A program made the position numbers and the translations under genes. From contig JAWPOE010000004.1 in assembly GCA_033345195.1 (NCBI GenBank), positions 108,005-172,004 of the forward strand: 64,000 nt of DNA. Reading direction: 5' to 3'. The stretch is from Alphaproteobacteria bacterium (GTDB lineage Bacteria > Pseudomonadota > Alphaproteobacteria > Rs-D84). How positions within the stretch are numbered: the stretch's first letter is position 1; every line of letters starts with the position of its first letter. Below are positions 9,356 through 19,834 of the stretch, piece by piece. Under the pieces are notes generated by a model. The model was not told the DNA's origin. It searched no databases and saw only the letters and a program-made list of their open reading frames with translations.

Positions 9356-10522
9356 CTAAATATTTCCGGCATTTTGCCCTGCAACACGACCGCTGGCCCA
9401 CGCCCATTGCAGATTAAATCCGCCCAGGTCACCTGCGACGTCCATAACTTCGCCTGCAAAAAATAGCCCGTTGCATAACACAGATTCCATTGTTTTTGAT
9501 GATATTTCACGTGTGTCAACGCCGCCACGAACGATTTCTGCGCTTGCCATATTATGCAATTTTATTTTGTTCCCTGGTATGATAATGTTTGTAATACGTG
9601 TTGCGATTTTCGCAATGTCTGCATCCTTTATATCGGCAATGTTTCGTATGTCGCCTGCCATAATCCACTTTGCTAGACGGTTGGGCAAATATTGTGTTAG
9701 TATGTTTGCAACATTCTTTTTCCCAGATGTGCGTTTTGCATCACGCAGAACCTTTTGTACATCGATATTCGGCATCAGATTTATGACAATGCCATTGTGA
9801 ATGTCACGCACACTTGCGCGGTATGCCAACGGCCCACCAATACCAAAGTGCGTGAACAATAAAGAATCGCACAGTTTATACTTTCCGATTTTAATTTCTG
9901 CATCTATTGAAATACCTGCCAGCTCAGATGGCATATTTGGAATTGATAACGCGCACAGGGCAGGGCGCACAGGTATAATTTTGTGCCCGAACGATTTTGC
10001 AATTTTATACCCGATATCAGACACCCCCAAACCGTCAAAAGATATTCCGCCTGTTGCAACAATCACAGATTTTGCACAAAATGCATTTTGATTGGTGTTT
10101 ATAATAAATATACCCGTTGTTTTTTGAACAGATTTTACATTTGTGTTGTAAAAAATATCAATTCCGCGAACATCTTTCATCAGTGCTTCTACCACAGCAC
10201 TTGCGCCATTTTCACAAAAGTATCGCCCTGGCGTCTTTTCAACCAACGACAATTTCTTGCTGTTTGCCCATTCAATAATATCGTGCGCCGAAACACGACT
10301 TAATGCACCGCGCACAAAGTTCGGATTTTCTCCAAAATATCGTGTGTGATTTGCGTCTGTATTTGTGATATTGCAACGTCCACCACCAGATACCATTACC
10401 TTGCGTGCGGGCGTTTCGCCCATTTCCAGTATCGCGACACGTTTACCACGTTCGCGTGCAACTGCGGCCGCGCTAAGGCCTGCGGCACCCGCCCCAATAA
10501 TAATAACGTCATATTGTTTCAT
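9356..10522 (-). CDS. HI0933/YhiN-family NAD(P)/FAD-dependent oxidoreductase
   Basis: N-terminal dinucleotide fold DVIIIGAGAAGLSAA...GGGRCNITN typical of the HI0933 family. Confidence 0.85.
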   Translation of the reverse strand: MKQYDVIIIGAGAAGLSAAAVARERGKRVAILEMGETPARKVMVSGGGRCNITNTDANHTRYFGENPNFVRGALSRVSAHDIIEWANSKKLSLVEKTPGRYFCENGASAVVEALMKDVRGIDIFYNTNVKSVQKTTGIFIINTNQNAFCAKSVIVATGGISFDGLGVSDIGYKIAKSFGHKIIPVRPALCALSIPNMPSELAGISIDAEIKIGKYKLCDSLLFTHFGIGGPLAYRASVRDIHNGIVINLMPNIDVQKVLRDAKRTSGKKNVANILTQYLPNRLAKWIMAGDIRNIADIKDADIAKIATRITNIIIPGNKIKLHNMASAEIVRGGVDTREISSKTMESVLCNGLFFAGEVMDVAGDLGGFNLQWAWASGRVAGQNAGNI

Positions 10523-10557
10523 AGGTTGTATTGTATCATGAACGATAAAAAAATCCT

Positions 10558-10591
10558 ATAAAAATCCCCCATTGCATGGGGGATTTTTTGT
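10558..10591 (-). terminator. rho-independent terminator of the giant surface protein gene (member of the AAATCCCC..GGGGATTT hairpin family)
   Basis: aaaatcccccattgcatgggggatttttt immediately downstream of the stop at 10593. Confidence 0.6.
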
Positions 10592-10592
10592 T

Positions 10593-13500
10593 TTACCATG
10601 TTGTATAACCTGGTGCACATGTATGTTCACACTTCTTTCGTGACGCATTCCACTTTCTGGAACCCGTTTCATCCGAATATGTATCACAGATTAAACGACA
10701 TTCGTTATCTTCCAGATTGTACAATTCTCCCTGGTACATACAGGACGCGATCTCGCAACCACGAACATAACTACTTGCGGCCAATTCGCCATTCGCGCTA
10801 TACATGTTGTTGCAGCGACCGCACTGTTTCCAACCTTCGTTCGTCAGACTGCTGTCATTTGTATATCCTGGATTACATTCGGTTGCAATACATTCGCCCC
10901 ATGTGTTTGTATTATGGTTCCATTCGCGCACGCCAATACCATTTTCCAGTTCACAGACTTGTTCGTCAACCTGGCATGCATTTGAACCAAGATGATATCC
11001 GTCTTCGCAGTCTGTAATTATACATTCGCTAAACGCATTCTTATTAGAATCCCACTTTTGTGTTGCGGCAATTGCATTTGGCGCAGAACATTCAATCACA
11101 TTGGATTCACACGCTTGGCCATTCGGATGATACCCAGAAACACACGATTCAACGACACAGTTTCCACCTTGCTTATAAGATATTGCATTTTCACGCGCAC
11201 ATGGTGTGCATATGCCATCGATTAATTCAAAGTTGTAATTGCATGATGTTTCAATACATACATTGTCGATTATGTCACATGGATTGCCGGTTGGTGAACG
11301 TCCTTCAAATTCGCATTCGAATGGATAGAATACGGTATCCTCGACTGGTACGGCTGTACCATTTGTGACGGCATATTCCACACATTCTTTATAACACGCA
11401 TCGACAGACGACGAACCTGGAACAGACAGCGTATACAACCCACCTGTTAATTCTGAACATGTCTTTGGCATATTGTCAGGCGTATCTGTTGAGCATACAC
11501 TACCTGCTGGACATATCACGCACTGCGCGTTACTCAGATAATACCCTGTATCACACGCAAATGTTTGACATGTATCTGGAATATTTGCGCCATAATAGTC
11601 GCGTCCGACCATTTGTGTTGCATTTTCTGCCAGCCCACAGTCTGCATAGCAGTAATTAACATCTGTCGTTCCCGCATCTGCATACGTGTACGCACCATTT
11701 GTCAGTTCAGAACAACTCATAGGTTTATTGCCTGGTACATTGGTTGAGCATACGCTGCCCTCTGGACATATTATGCATTGACCATCGCTCAGATAATACC
11801 CCGCATCGCACGCTGTTATCTGACATGTGTCTTCGATACTGTCGCCGTAATAGTTGCGGCCTGACACCTGTGTTGCGTTTTCACCCAAATCGCAGTCTGC
11901 ATAGCAGTACGCAACATCTGTCGTTCCAGCCTCTGCATACGTGTACGCACCACTTGTCAGCTCTGAACATGTTTTAGGATCTTCTTGTTGGTTCTCTGTA
12001 TCGCATACACTGCCTGCTGGGCAAATTGTACACTGACCATCATTTACATAGAATCCGCTAGTACATTTTGCTATCTGACATGTATCTGGAATATTTGCGC
12101 CATAATAGTTGCGTCCGACCATTTGTGTTGCATTTTCTGCCAGCCCACAGTCTGCATAGCAGTAATTAACATCTGTCGTTCCCGCATCTGCATACGTGTA
12201 CGCACCATTTGTCAGTTCAGAACATGTCTTTTGTTCCCCGCCAAAGCACACATTATCTGCTGGGCAACCGATACAAGTATTTCCAACTTGTGAATACTTT
12301 TCATCACATTCTGTCACAATACAGTTTGTACAATTCAACGCGTATGCCTCAACTGCTTCATCATAATTACACGTGTTTTCTCCTTTCCCATTGACAATAT
12401 TGCACGACAGATTTTGTTTATAACACTCCGCTGCGCGTTTTGCCTTTGTTGTATCTGTTTTCCCATCGTCTGGACATTGGTACAGCAATGTCGAAGAACC
12501 TGGTTTTGCAGACAATGGTTGCTCCAATTCATTGGCAAAGAATGTTTGCTCCGGACTATAATTATTCGCGCCAACAGGTACACAGTCACGAACACCATCT
12601 TCGTCAACATACTTTCCGTCATCATAATAGCCTGCATTACATGCCACAATTACAGGCATTGCGCATTGATAGCTATAGCCTTTATTTATGTCCGTCTCAC
12701 TTGCGTCGTCAATATGATAGCAACTCAATCTCTGTGCGCCGTTTGTTGTTTCGAACCATCTATCCCCCAGATAACACTGTGTCACCTTTTCTGACGTTGT
12801 GTTTTGTGTTGTCACACCATCAACATCACCCAGATTTGGACATGCCACACGTCCCAAACTTGGTGCAGGACTATAATATCCGTATCCAACTTCTGTACAA
12901 TCTATGTCTTTATTGCTTTCCAACCAATGTCCTGCGATACAAGACATAACCTGTATGTTATCACAATTCACAGAATATGAGTTTGTCGCGTCATCATAAT
13001 AACATGTTTGTTTGCCGCTTGCACGATTTGTATCGGATACATACTGTACATTTGTTGCATAACAGTCCGCCTTTTCATCAGAACCTTTCGCAGATGATAT
13101 AGATACTTCTGTCGGTCTACCATTTTGATTTATTACTTCAACATATGTACCATTTAATGCCGCGCAGTATTCGATACCTTTATCAATTTTGTCGCCGTTT
13201 TGGTGGGTCGTAACACCCCCACAGTATGCTCCATTTGGACATACAACACACGCGTCTTCAAAACCATCATAATACATACCTTTATCGCATTTGATGATTG
13301 GATTTTCACCCCATACCGCAGTTAATGTAGCATTCTCACTAAATATAGTATAGTTCGAGCTAAGACTGCCGTCTGGATTAATGACAACTTCGTCATTCAA
13401 AGCCTTGTATCCACCGAATGAATAGTTTTGTTTTTTAGGTACTGTGATTGATTCAATCCTATCTGTTGCGTCTGCTTGACCGTTCGTACCATTGGTCAGT

Positions 13501-16500
13501 TTTAAATACCAGCCATCGTTATATTTCAAATATATTGTGTCGACTGCCTGTGTCACATCTTCTGCGCCCTTATCAAGTGTGATTGTTAATACTTTCGGGT
13601 AACATACATCGCCCAACGCCGTATACCCTGTGTTGCATTTTGTCTCATATTCACACGCAGGTATCGTGGAATCGTCATAATACACATACTGTTGTTTTGG
13701 TACACGTACGCCATTTTCAATACTGATATTACTGCATGTATTATAGCATTGTATTGGTGACGATGCGTTGTCCACACTGGTTGTTGTGGTCTCGTTCGCG
13801 CCACTTAAATTTGCGCACAACATTTTTTCAATACTGCCCTCAATACTATATGCGCCAATTCCGACCAACGCACATGTTTGTGAATTTTCCGCTTCGCGCC
13901 ATCTGCCGGCGACACAACTTGTAATTTTGATGTTACAACTTGCGTTATATGCATCAGACCCGTAATAACAGGTTTGATCCCCTGCGCCGGTTTTATCGCT
14001 CAATTGGGTGTCTGAACGTACAGCATAACAGTCAGTTATATCATCACTGCCACTTGTCGAGCTGACTTCGCCATTTAATGTATCTGTTGGACATACGCGC
14101 ATACAGCCCAGCGTCGTATCTGTTTCTGTCCCCGCATCAACCCAGCCACCCGGACAATAGTAGCCAGCTTCACATGTGTTGTTATTCACATCAAAACCCG
14201 CACTACATTCTGTCTGCAAGCGTTCCCATTCGGCTGTTAATACGCCATCGTTATTTGTGAACAGTGCAACCTCATCTGTGTTTGGTTTTCCATTCTCGTC
14301 AATGACTTTTATATCTCCTTTGAAATAACCCTTGAAAGCATAATTTGTTCTTTGTGGCGTTTCTATTGCCGATAAAACATTGCTGCCCCCTTCGTCAGAA
14401 TACCAACCGACCGTATATTTTTGATAAATTGTCTCTGTTCCACCAGAACCACCATTGGTATTCAGTGTTACTTTCCACACCCCTGGATCACATGATGCAA
14501 TAGTCGTCGCAGTATTTGGTGCACCATATAACGTACGCGAATAACCATATTCAATATCGCCAGTTGTACGTGCTATATAGCCTGTATCACATGTATATGT
14601 AAATGAACAGAATGTTGTAGGTGTACATATTGTATTTGGATACCAACGGAATCCATTACGTGCTGTTAAATTTTCTGTACAGGTTGCATGTTCTGGACAA
14701 TGGTTAACATATTCGCCAGTTAATTTGTCATCTGCCCCCAGTACATAGTCGTGATATAAGTTACATGTAGGCGTACATCCCGCGCCATAGCATGCGCTTG
14801 CCCCCGCGCTCATGTTTGCATTAATGGACGAAGACCAGCATGTTTCTGTGCCACCACTCGCATTCGGACACAGCCCCTCTAACGAAGAGCACTTTTCAGA
14901 ACAGTCATTTACATCGCTGGTTAAATACATGCCAGAAGAGCACTTTGTATACGTATTATATAGAACTGGGCAAGTATTATCATCCCCTCCCTCGGTGTTG
15001 CCGGTCGGGTACAGTGTAATAGTCGTCTTTGCTGTTGTGTCGTACGCGCAACTTAAGAAGTTCTTATTAGGACATATTTTGCAATATCTTTCCCCCTCGC
15101 ACGGGTCGTAACATGCTGTTTCTTCTGTTTTATAACATTCATCTGCTGATGTTGCGCCTGCGTCAGATTCAGTATAACTGCCGTCGCCAACAGTTTGGCA
15201 ACTGTAAATGCCTTGGTCGTTATTGGAATCAATTTCATAGACGTCTTCGTCGGTTCCTGGGCAGTAATTCCCTGGGGTACATGTTTCACATTTCAAAGTC
15301 CCACGTGGCAGGTATTCACCCACGTCGCAAGCATCTATCGTCTCTGTATTTTTTATCCAGCCTGCTGTTAATGTCGTATCTTCAGCAATGTCCCAGTCTT
15401 GTGCAGAAGAATTGTCTGCATTAATATACAGTGTTTCATTATACCACCACCCCGTAAATACATATCCTGTGCGTACCGGTGTTATGCCCGGATTACTCAT
15501 TGGCTGACCATATGTCACAGTCATTGGGTCTGGTGTTCCGACCCCGTCGCCCGGGTCAAACGTCACAGTATATCTGTTTGCATTACAACTGGGGGTTGCG
15601 GTGTTTGCATTGCTGACGGTATAACCCGTATTGCATGACGCGGTATACGTTGCCGTGCCATTGCTGTTAATGGTCAGAGCGCATATACCATTCTCAGGTT
15701 TGACGCAATCCATGGCCCAGCCCGCGTACAAGGTGGTGTCTCGGGTGGCTGATGTTGGTTTTGGCAATTCTGCCGATGGTCCAATGACAGGTATACTTTC
15801 ACCACCACTGGCGGTCAGGTCAGCCTGTTGTTTAGAATAATATCCACGGAACTTATAGTCTGTGCGTGCAGGAACCGGTGCTACCTTCAATGACTGGGTT
15901 CCATCACTAATATCGTACCAACCTGTATCATATCTTTCATAAATTTTCGTCTCGTCATCTGTGCCATCATTGTGCATTAATGTAATTATATAGATGCTTG
16001 GCGCGCATGCTTTTGCAATTGTAACGCCAAAGCCCTGATAGTTGTCATAACAATCATAACGTGCATACAACTTCGCCGTGTTGTCCAAGGCACTCATACA
16101 TGCAGATGACGACGAAAGAGCGCCGTTAGAATCAATACACTGTATGCCAACACTGGTGTGCGCGGTGTATGCCCCAACATAACGTGCATTTGTCTTTGAT
16201 GGTTTTGTAACGCTTGTAATTTGGGTGGAACAATCGCTGTCACTATAATAATAGGATGAATCCGTCTTTTTATAAATCTCTGTCGTGCCACCTGTGCCAC
16301 CATTGGTGGTATTGTCTATGGTAATTTTGGTACATGCCGACGTCCAGCATGCATGCAGCGCTGCATTTTCTGTATACGACGTATTGGTGAAATCGGTGGT
16401 TATATAACCATTGGCATCGATACGCTGGATCCCAGAGCAAGCTGTACTGGTATAATATCCACCAAATTTATAACCTGTTTTGGCTGGGGTTGTAATTGGA

Positions 16501-17873
16501 TTTGCAGTCGTTGACATCTTTTTTGTCAAAGATGTATCCAGATAAACACCATCGGAATACACAAAATATACTGTACCAGGTGCGGTCCCATTGTCATTAA
16601 CCAGCCCAATCATACGTATCGGGCGACGCCCCGCATAATATGTAACAGTTGCCGCCGTTGACGTAATAGATGGCTTATGTGTAAGCGTCACGGAACTATT
16701 ATCTGGCAGGGTTTCACTTGTATACCAGCCATCAAAAATCTTGTATCCTGACGCCGGTGTTAATGTCGCCGGACTGGGCATTGGACATTCCTTGTTATAT
16801 TTACAACACTGGGTTATAGTGTTGGCACTGGAACTGGGGGTCCATGTCTTTGGATTTCCACATCCATCTGGCCACGTCAATGTTGCACCTGTTGCACCAT
16901 TTGCATTTAATGTCACGGTACGATAACAATCTGTCTGCGCCCCTGCACCTGCCGCCGACGTCCAATTCGTTGGACACTGGTTTTGTGTCACACTGGTCGA
17001 CCCAGCCGGACAGTAATAACCCGCAGTACATGCCGACCATACGACATACAGTTCAACAGTACCGCCATTGGCTGTGGTCAGATTTGTAACAGATTCTTTA
17101 TCGGTGTACTCCACCTCCTCGTTTGTTGCCGTTGGCGATGTTGCCCAACCCTGGAAAACATAGCCCGTGCGTTTAAATGTATTTGCGCTTAGTTCCTGTG
17201 CCACCCCATATGTAAATGACTGACGTTTTGTGGCGGCACTTGTCGAATTGTCATTTGAATGGAACAAAACTGTGTATGTATTTGCGGTACATTTATTATT
17301 ATATACATGATATCCGGTGCCGCATATAATCCATCTTGCATAAATGGTTTTGTCACTTGTTACTGTCCATGTCTCACCTGTATTGGCGCCATCGCTATCA
17401 AACAACTGTGTCCCACCGATAAGATTGGTGGTATATATTCCTTTAAATTCGGCGCTTGATGATGTTGCAGATATATTCCCCGATAATTCGGTTGTACATG
17501 TTTCGTCTGTGTACCATGTATTGTCCCCAGTTTTCTTGTACAGTACATTTCGTAAAACCGTAGAGTTCGCAGTGCTGGATGAAATTGTTATCTTGTTACA
17601 GTTTTGAACAGGATGCGCAATCCCAGCATTACATGTCCAACCGTCTAAACATTTTATACATGAGTTTCCAGTATGTGGTCGTACACCACCATACTTCAAA
17701 CTTTCAATCAGTTCTTCTTGTGTTGTGCCCCAGTCAGCAAGATAATACCCCGCACTACACGACGTGTATGTTTTTAATGTCGGACACGTATATCCCGCAG
17801 CAAGCACATTTGTGCCCAAAAATACGGTTGCAAAAATTGTTAAAATTCCCAGAAATCTGCGGATTTTCCCCAT
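10593..17873 (-). CDS. giant cysteine-rich surface protein with Listeria-Bacteroides (InlB B-repeat-like) repeats
   Basis: about 2426 aa from the ATG preceded by AGAGAGGAAG RBS (the track ORF extends to 18017); signal peptide MGKIRRFLGILTIFATVFLGTNVLAA; many TGYxFxGW(Y) motifs; Cys-rich modules CxxGYYxxDGQCxxCPxGSxC; 3 x 86-aa perfect tandem repeats. Confidence 0.85.
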   Translation of the reverse strand: MGKIRRFLGILTIFATVFLGTNVLAAGYTCPTLKTYTSCSAGYYLADWGTTQEELIESLKYGGVRPHTGNSCIKCLDGWTCNAGIAHPVQNCNKITISSSTANSTVLRNVLYKKTGDNTWYTDETCTTELSGNISATSSSAEFKGIYTTNLIGGTQLFDSDGANTGETWTVTSDKTIYARWIICGTGYHVYNNKCTANTYTVLFHSNDNSTSAATKRQSFTYGVAQELSANTFKRTGYVFQGWATSPTATNEEVEYTDKESVTNLTTANGGTVELYVVWSACTAGYYCPAGSTSVTQNQCPTNWTSAAGAGAQTDCYRTVTLNANGATGATLTWPDGCGNPKTWTPSSSANTITQCCKYNKECPMPSPATLTPASGYKIFDGWYTSETLPDNSSVTLTHKPSITSTAATVTYYAGRRPIRMIGLVNDNGTAPGTVYFVYSDGVYLDTSLTKKMSTTANPITTPAKTGYKFGGYYTSTACSGIQRIDANGYITTDFTNTSYTENAALHACWTSACTKITIDNTTNGGTGGTTEIYKKTDSSYYYSDSDCSTQITSVTKPSKTNARYVGAYTAHTSVGIQCIDSNGALSSSSACMSALDNTAKLYARYDCYDNYQGFGVTIAKACAPSIYIITLMHNDGTDDETKIYERYDTGWYDISDGTQSLKVAPVPARTDYKFRGYYSKQQADLTASGGESIPVIGPSAELPKPTSATRDTTLYAGWAMDCVKPENGICALTINSNGTATYTASCNTGYTVSNANTATPSCNANRYTVTFDPGDGVGTPDPMTVTYGQPMSNPGITPVRTGYVFTGWWYNETLYINADNSSAQDWDIAEDTTLTAGWIKNTETIDACDVGEYLPRGTLKCETCTPGNYCPGTDEDVYEIDSNNDQGIYSCQTVGDGSYTESDAGATSADECYKTEETACYDPCEGERYCKICPNKNFLSCAYDTTAKTTITLYPTGNTEGGDDNTCPVLYNTYTKCSSGMYLTSDVNDCSEKCSSLEGLCPNASGGTETCWSSSINANMSAGASACYGAGCTPTCNLYHDYVLGADDKLTGEYVNHCPEHATCTENLTARNGFRWYPNTICTPTTFCSFTYTCDTGYIARTTGDIEYGYSRTLYGAPNTATTIASCDPGVWKVTLNTNGGSGGTETIYQKYTVGWYSDEGGSNVLSAIETPQRTNYAFKGYFKGDIKVIDENGKPNTDEVALFTNNDGVLTAEWERLQTECSAGFDVNNNTCEAGYYCPGGWVDAGTETDTTLGCMRVCPTDTLNGEVSSTSGSDDITDCYAVRSDTQLSDKTGAGDQTCYYGSDAYNASCNIKITSCVAGRWREAENSQTCALVGIGAYSIEGSIEKMLCANLSGANETTTTSVDNASSPIQCYNTCSNISIENGVRVPKQQYVYYDDSTIPACEYETKCNTGYTALGDVCYPKVLTITLDKGAEDVTQAVDTIYLKYNDGWYLKLTNGTNGQADATDRIESITVPKKQNYSFGGYKALNDEVVINPDGSLSSNYTIFSENATLTAVWGENPIIKCDKGMYYDGFEDACVVCPNGAYCGGVTTHQNGDKIDKGIEYCAALNGTYVEVINQNGRPTEVSISSAKGSDEKADCYATNVQYVSDTNRASGKQTCYYDDATNSYSVNCDNIQVMSCIAGHWLESNKDIDCTEVGYGYYSPAPSLGRVACPNLGDVDGVTTQNTTSEKVTQCYLGDRWFETTNGAQRLSCYHIDDASETDINKGYSYQCAMPVIVACNAGYYDDGKYVDEDGVRDCVPVGANNYSPEQTFFANELEQPLSAKPGSSTLLYQCPDDGKTDTTKAKRAAECYKQNLSCNIVNGKGENTCNYDEAVEAYALNCTNCIVTECDEKYSQVGNTCIGCPADNVCFGGEQKTCSELTNGAYTYADAGTTDVNYCYADCGLAENATQMVGRNYYGANIPDTCQIAKCTSGFYVNDGQCTICPAGSVCDTENQQEDPKTCSELTSGAYTYAEAGTTDVAYCYADCDLGENATQVSGRNYYGDSIEDTCQITACDAGYYLSDGQCIICPEGSVCSTNVPGNKPMSCSELTNGAYTYADAGTTDVNYCYADCGLAENATQMVGRDYYGANIPDTCQTFACDTGYYLSNAQCVICPAGSVCSTDTPDNMPKTCSELTGGLYTLSVPGSSSVDACYKECVEYAVTNGTAVPVEDTVFYPFECEFEGRSPTGNPCDIIDNVCIETSCNYNFELIDGICTPCARENAISYKQGGNCVVESCVSGYHPNGQACESNVIECSAPNAIAATQKWDSNKNAFSECIITDCEDGYHLGSNACQVDEQVCELENGIGVREWNHNTNTWGECIATECNPGYTNDSSLTNEGWKQCGRCNNMYSANGELAASSYVRGCEIASCMYQGELYNLEDNECRLICDTYSDETGSRKWNASRKKCEHTCAPGYTTW
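11459..12232. repeat. intragenic tandem repeat, 3 copies of about 258 bp, near-perfect
   Basis: identical stretches longer than 140 bp at about 11575-11720 and 12075-12225; the track shows identical antisense peptides in 11565..11747 and 11985..12293. Confidence 0.8.
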
Positions 17874-18033
17874 GTTCTTCCTCTCTTTTATACTGTATGG
17901 TAGAAAATTTGTAGCCATATGCGCAAGGGAAAACGTGTATATACAATGAAAATATTTTTTATTTGATAAAAAATTAAGAAATAGAAATTTTTGGCTTGCA
18001 TGATTTTTATAATACATATATAATGACCGCCGT

Positions 18034-18110
18034 GGGTTAGTAGCTCAGTTGGTTAGAGCGGAGCGCTCATAACGCTTTGGTCGTGGGTTCAAGTCCTACC
18101 TAACCCACCA
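18034..18110 (+). tRNA. tRNA-Met (anticodon CAT; could be the tRNA-Ile2 lysidine type)
   Basis: gggttag...ctaaccc acceptor stem, anticodon loop ctCATaa, T-loop ggttcaagtcc, 3-prime CCA encoded; 77 nt. Confidence 0.9.
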
Positions 18111-18115
18111 AGATT

Positions 18116-18146
18116 AAAATCTGTCCAAACGGACAGATTTTTTTAT
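18116..18146 (+). terminator. rho-independent terminator after tRNA-Met
   Basis: aaatctgtccaaacggacagattttttt. Confidence 0.6.
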
Positions 18147-18172
18147 TATATTTATTTTGTAAATATGTAATC

Positions 18173-19453
18173 ATGACGCACATGAATGGAATTGTCCCAA
18201 TTTTAAACGAAACACAAATGGCTGCCTTTAACGCGGTAGAGCGGACAAATTCAAACGTTTTAATCTTTGGACCTGCTGGGACTGGGAAATCAACGTTTGT
18301 AAATTTTCTAAAAAGCGCATCAAAGAAACGTATTGTTTGTGCATGTCCGACGGCGGTTTCTGCATTAAACGTTGGTGGACAAACGATACATTCTTTGTTT
18401 CAGATTCAGCCCCGTGACTTTATTATGCCCGAATTTTTAAAATTAAAGGCAAAACCACGTAATATATTAAACGCCACAGATGTTTTGATTATTGATGAAA
18501 TATCAATGGTTGCGCCTGATTTATTGGATGCGATTGACATCTTGGCACGTATGGCGCGCCGAAATAACGAACCATTTGGTGGAATTCAGGTTGTTGCAAT
18601 TGGTGACTTGTTTCAATTGCCACCGGTTATAACGCGCGATGCGGCCCAGTACTATGCGTCTGAATACGGTCATGCAAATTCGTATTTCTTTGATAGTAAT
18701 GTTTATAAGCGTGCAGATTTTATAAAATTTGATTTTGATTTTGTATATCGTCAGAACGATATGCCATTGTTAGAGAATCTGGTACGTCTGCGACAAAATC
18801 AAACGGATTCACTGGAATTTTTTAATGCCTGTCGCATTGATGATGCTGAGCGTCGTTCGAATGCAGTAATAATTACGCCGTTTCGCGCAGTTGCCGAACG
18901 CATAAATGCAACACGTCTGGCACAAATTCCAGAGACAGAGGTTGCCTATAACGGTGTCCTGACTGGAAATTTTTCAGAACGCGATGTTCCGGCACCACTC
19001 AGTTTGGTATTAAAGGTTGGCGCGTTGGTTGTTTTTGTTAAAAATTGTGATAAATGGCACAATGGTTCCATGGGTATTGTGCGCAGTTTGTCTGCGCGTG
19101 AAATTGTTGTGCAACTGTTATCTGATTCCCGTGAATTGGTGACGGTTAAACCAGACAAATGGCAGAAAATAGAATACAGTCGCGATGAAAACGACCGCTT
19201 GGTTGAAAACGAAGTTGGATCATACAAACAATTCCCATTAAACCTGGGGTATGCCATGACAATACACAAGGCCCAGGGAAAAACGCTGGACGCGGTTGTT
19301 GTTGATATTTCGCGTGGCGCATTCGCCCACGGCCAGGTTTATGTTGCACTGTCGCGCACGCGTCGTGCGTCTGATATGCATATTGCGTCGCCGTTGCGAC
19401 CACGTGATGTCATATTTGATAATCGTGTATTGGAATTTGTGGGTGATTTATAA
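18173..19453 (+). CDS. PIF1/RecD-like superfamily-1 DNA helicase
   Basis: Walker A GPAGTGKST, Walker B DEISMV, Pif1 signature GDLFQLPPV; 426 aa. Confidence 0.8.
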   Translation: MTHMNGIVPILNETQMAAFNAVERTNSNVLIFGPAGTGKSTFVNFLKSASKKRIVCACPTAVSALNVGGQTIHSLFQIQPRDFIMPEFLKLKAKPRNILNATDVLIIDEISMVAPDLLDAIDILARMARRNNEPFGGIQVVAIGDLFQLPPVITRDAAQYYASEYGHANSYFFDSNVYKRADFIKFDFDFVYRQNDMPLLENLVRLRQNQTDSLEFFNACRIDDAERRSNAVIITPFRAVAERINATRLAQIPETEVAYNGVLTGNFSERDVPAPLSLVLKVGALVVFVKNCDKWHNGSMGIVRSLSAREIVVQLLSDSRELVTVKPDKWQKIEYSRDENDRLVENEVGSYKQFPLNLGYAMTIHKAQGKTLDAVVVDISRGAFAHGQVYVALSRTRRASDMHIASPLRPRDVIFDNRVLEFVGDL

Positions 19454-19834
19454 TTCTTTTTTCATCATGATTGCATCGACCCCGTCATAGTACTTTGGGC
19501 GAACGCCGACCTGAACATATCCATTTTGCTCATACAAAGAACGGGCAGGGCGGTTATCTTCTGCAACCTCTAAGAAAACATGTTTTATTCCATTTTTTCG
19601 CAGTTCGTTTTCCATAATGCCCAACATCGCCGCTGCAATTCCGCCACGACGTGCATCGGGCGCAACGCCAATTGTAATCAGTTCTGCTTCGTCTGCGACC
19701 GCGCGCCAAACAATAAAACCATTTTGACTGGCGATAATTTCACATCCTGATTTTTTTAAATCAGCAAAATCGTCCGCCCCCCACGGCTTGTGCGGAAAGC
19801 ATTTTTGATGAAGATTCGCCAACGTGTTTAACAT
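19448..19834 (-). CDS. rimI: GNAT N-acetyltransferase, RimI-like (ribosomal-protein-alanine acetyltransferase)
   Basis: GNAT motifs; directly downstream of and overlapping tsaB, the conserved tsaB-rimI arrangement. Confidence 0.75.
   Translation of the reverse strand: MLNTLANLHQKCFPHKPWGADDFADLKKSGCEIIASQNGFIVWRAVADEAELITIGVAPDARRGGIAAAMLGIMENELRKNGIKHVFLEVAEDNRPARSLYEQNGYVQVGVRPKYYDGVDAIMMKKEL

Noticed and set aside
10598-17949. Dozens of 60-170-aa plus-strand ORFs (and short minus-strand ORFs) inside the giant surface protein gene
   Set aside because: They are antisense or shadow frames of a single 7.3-kb gene. Cys/His-rich translations are expected from the complement of Cys-codon-rich sense DNA, and the identical peptides reflect the 258-bp tandem repeats.
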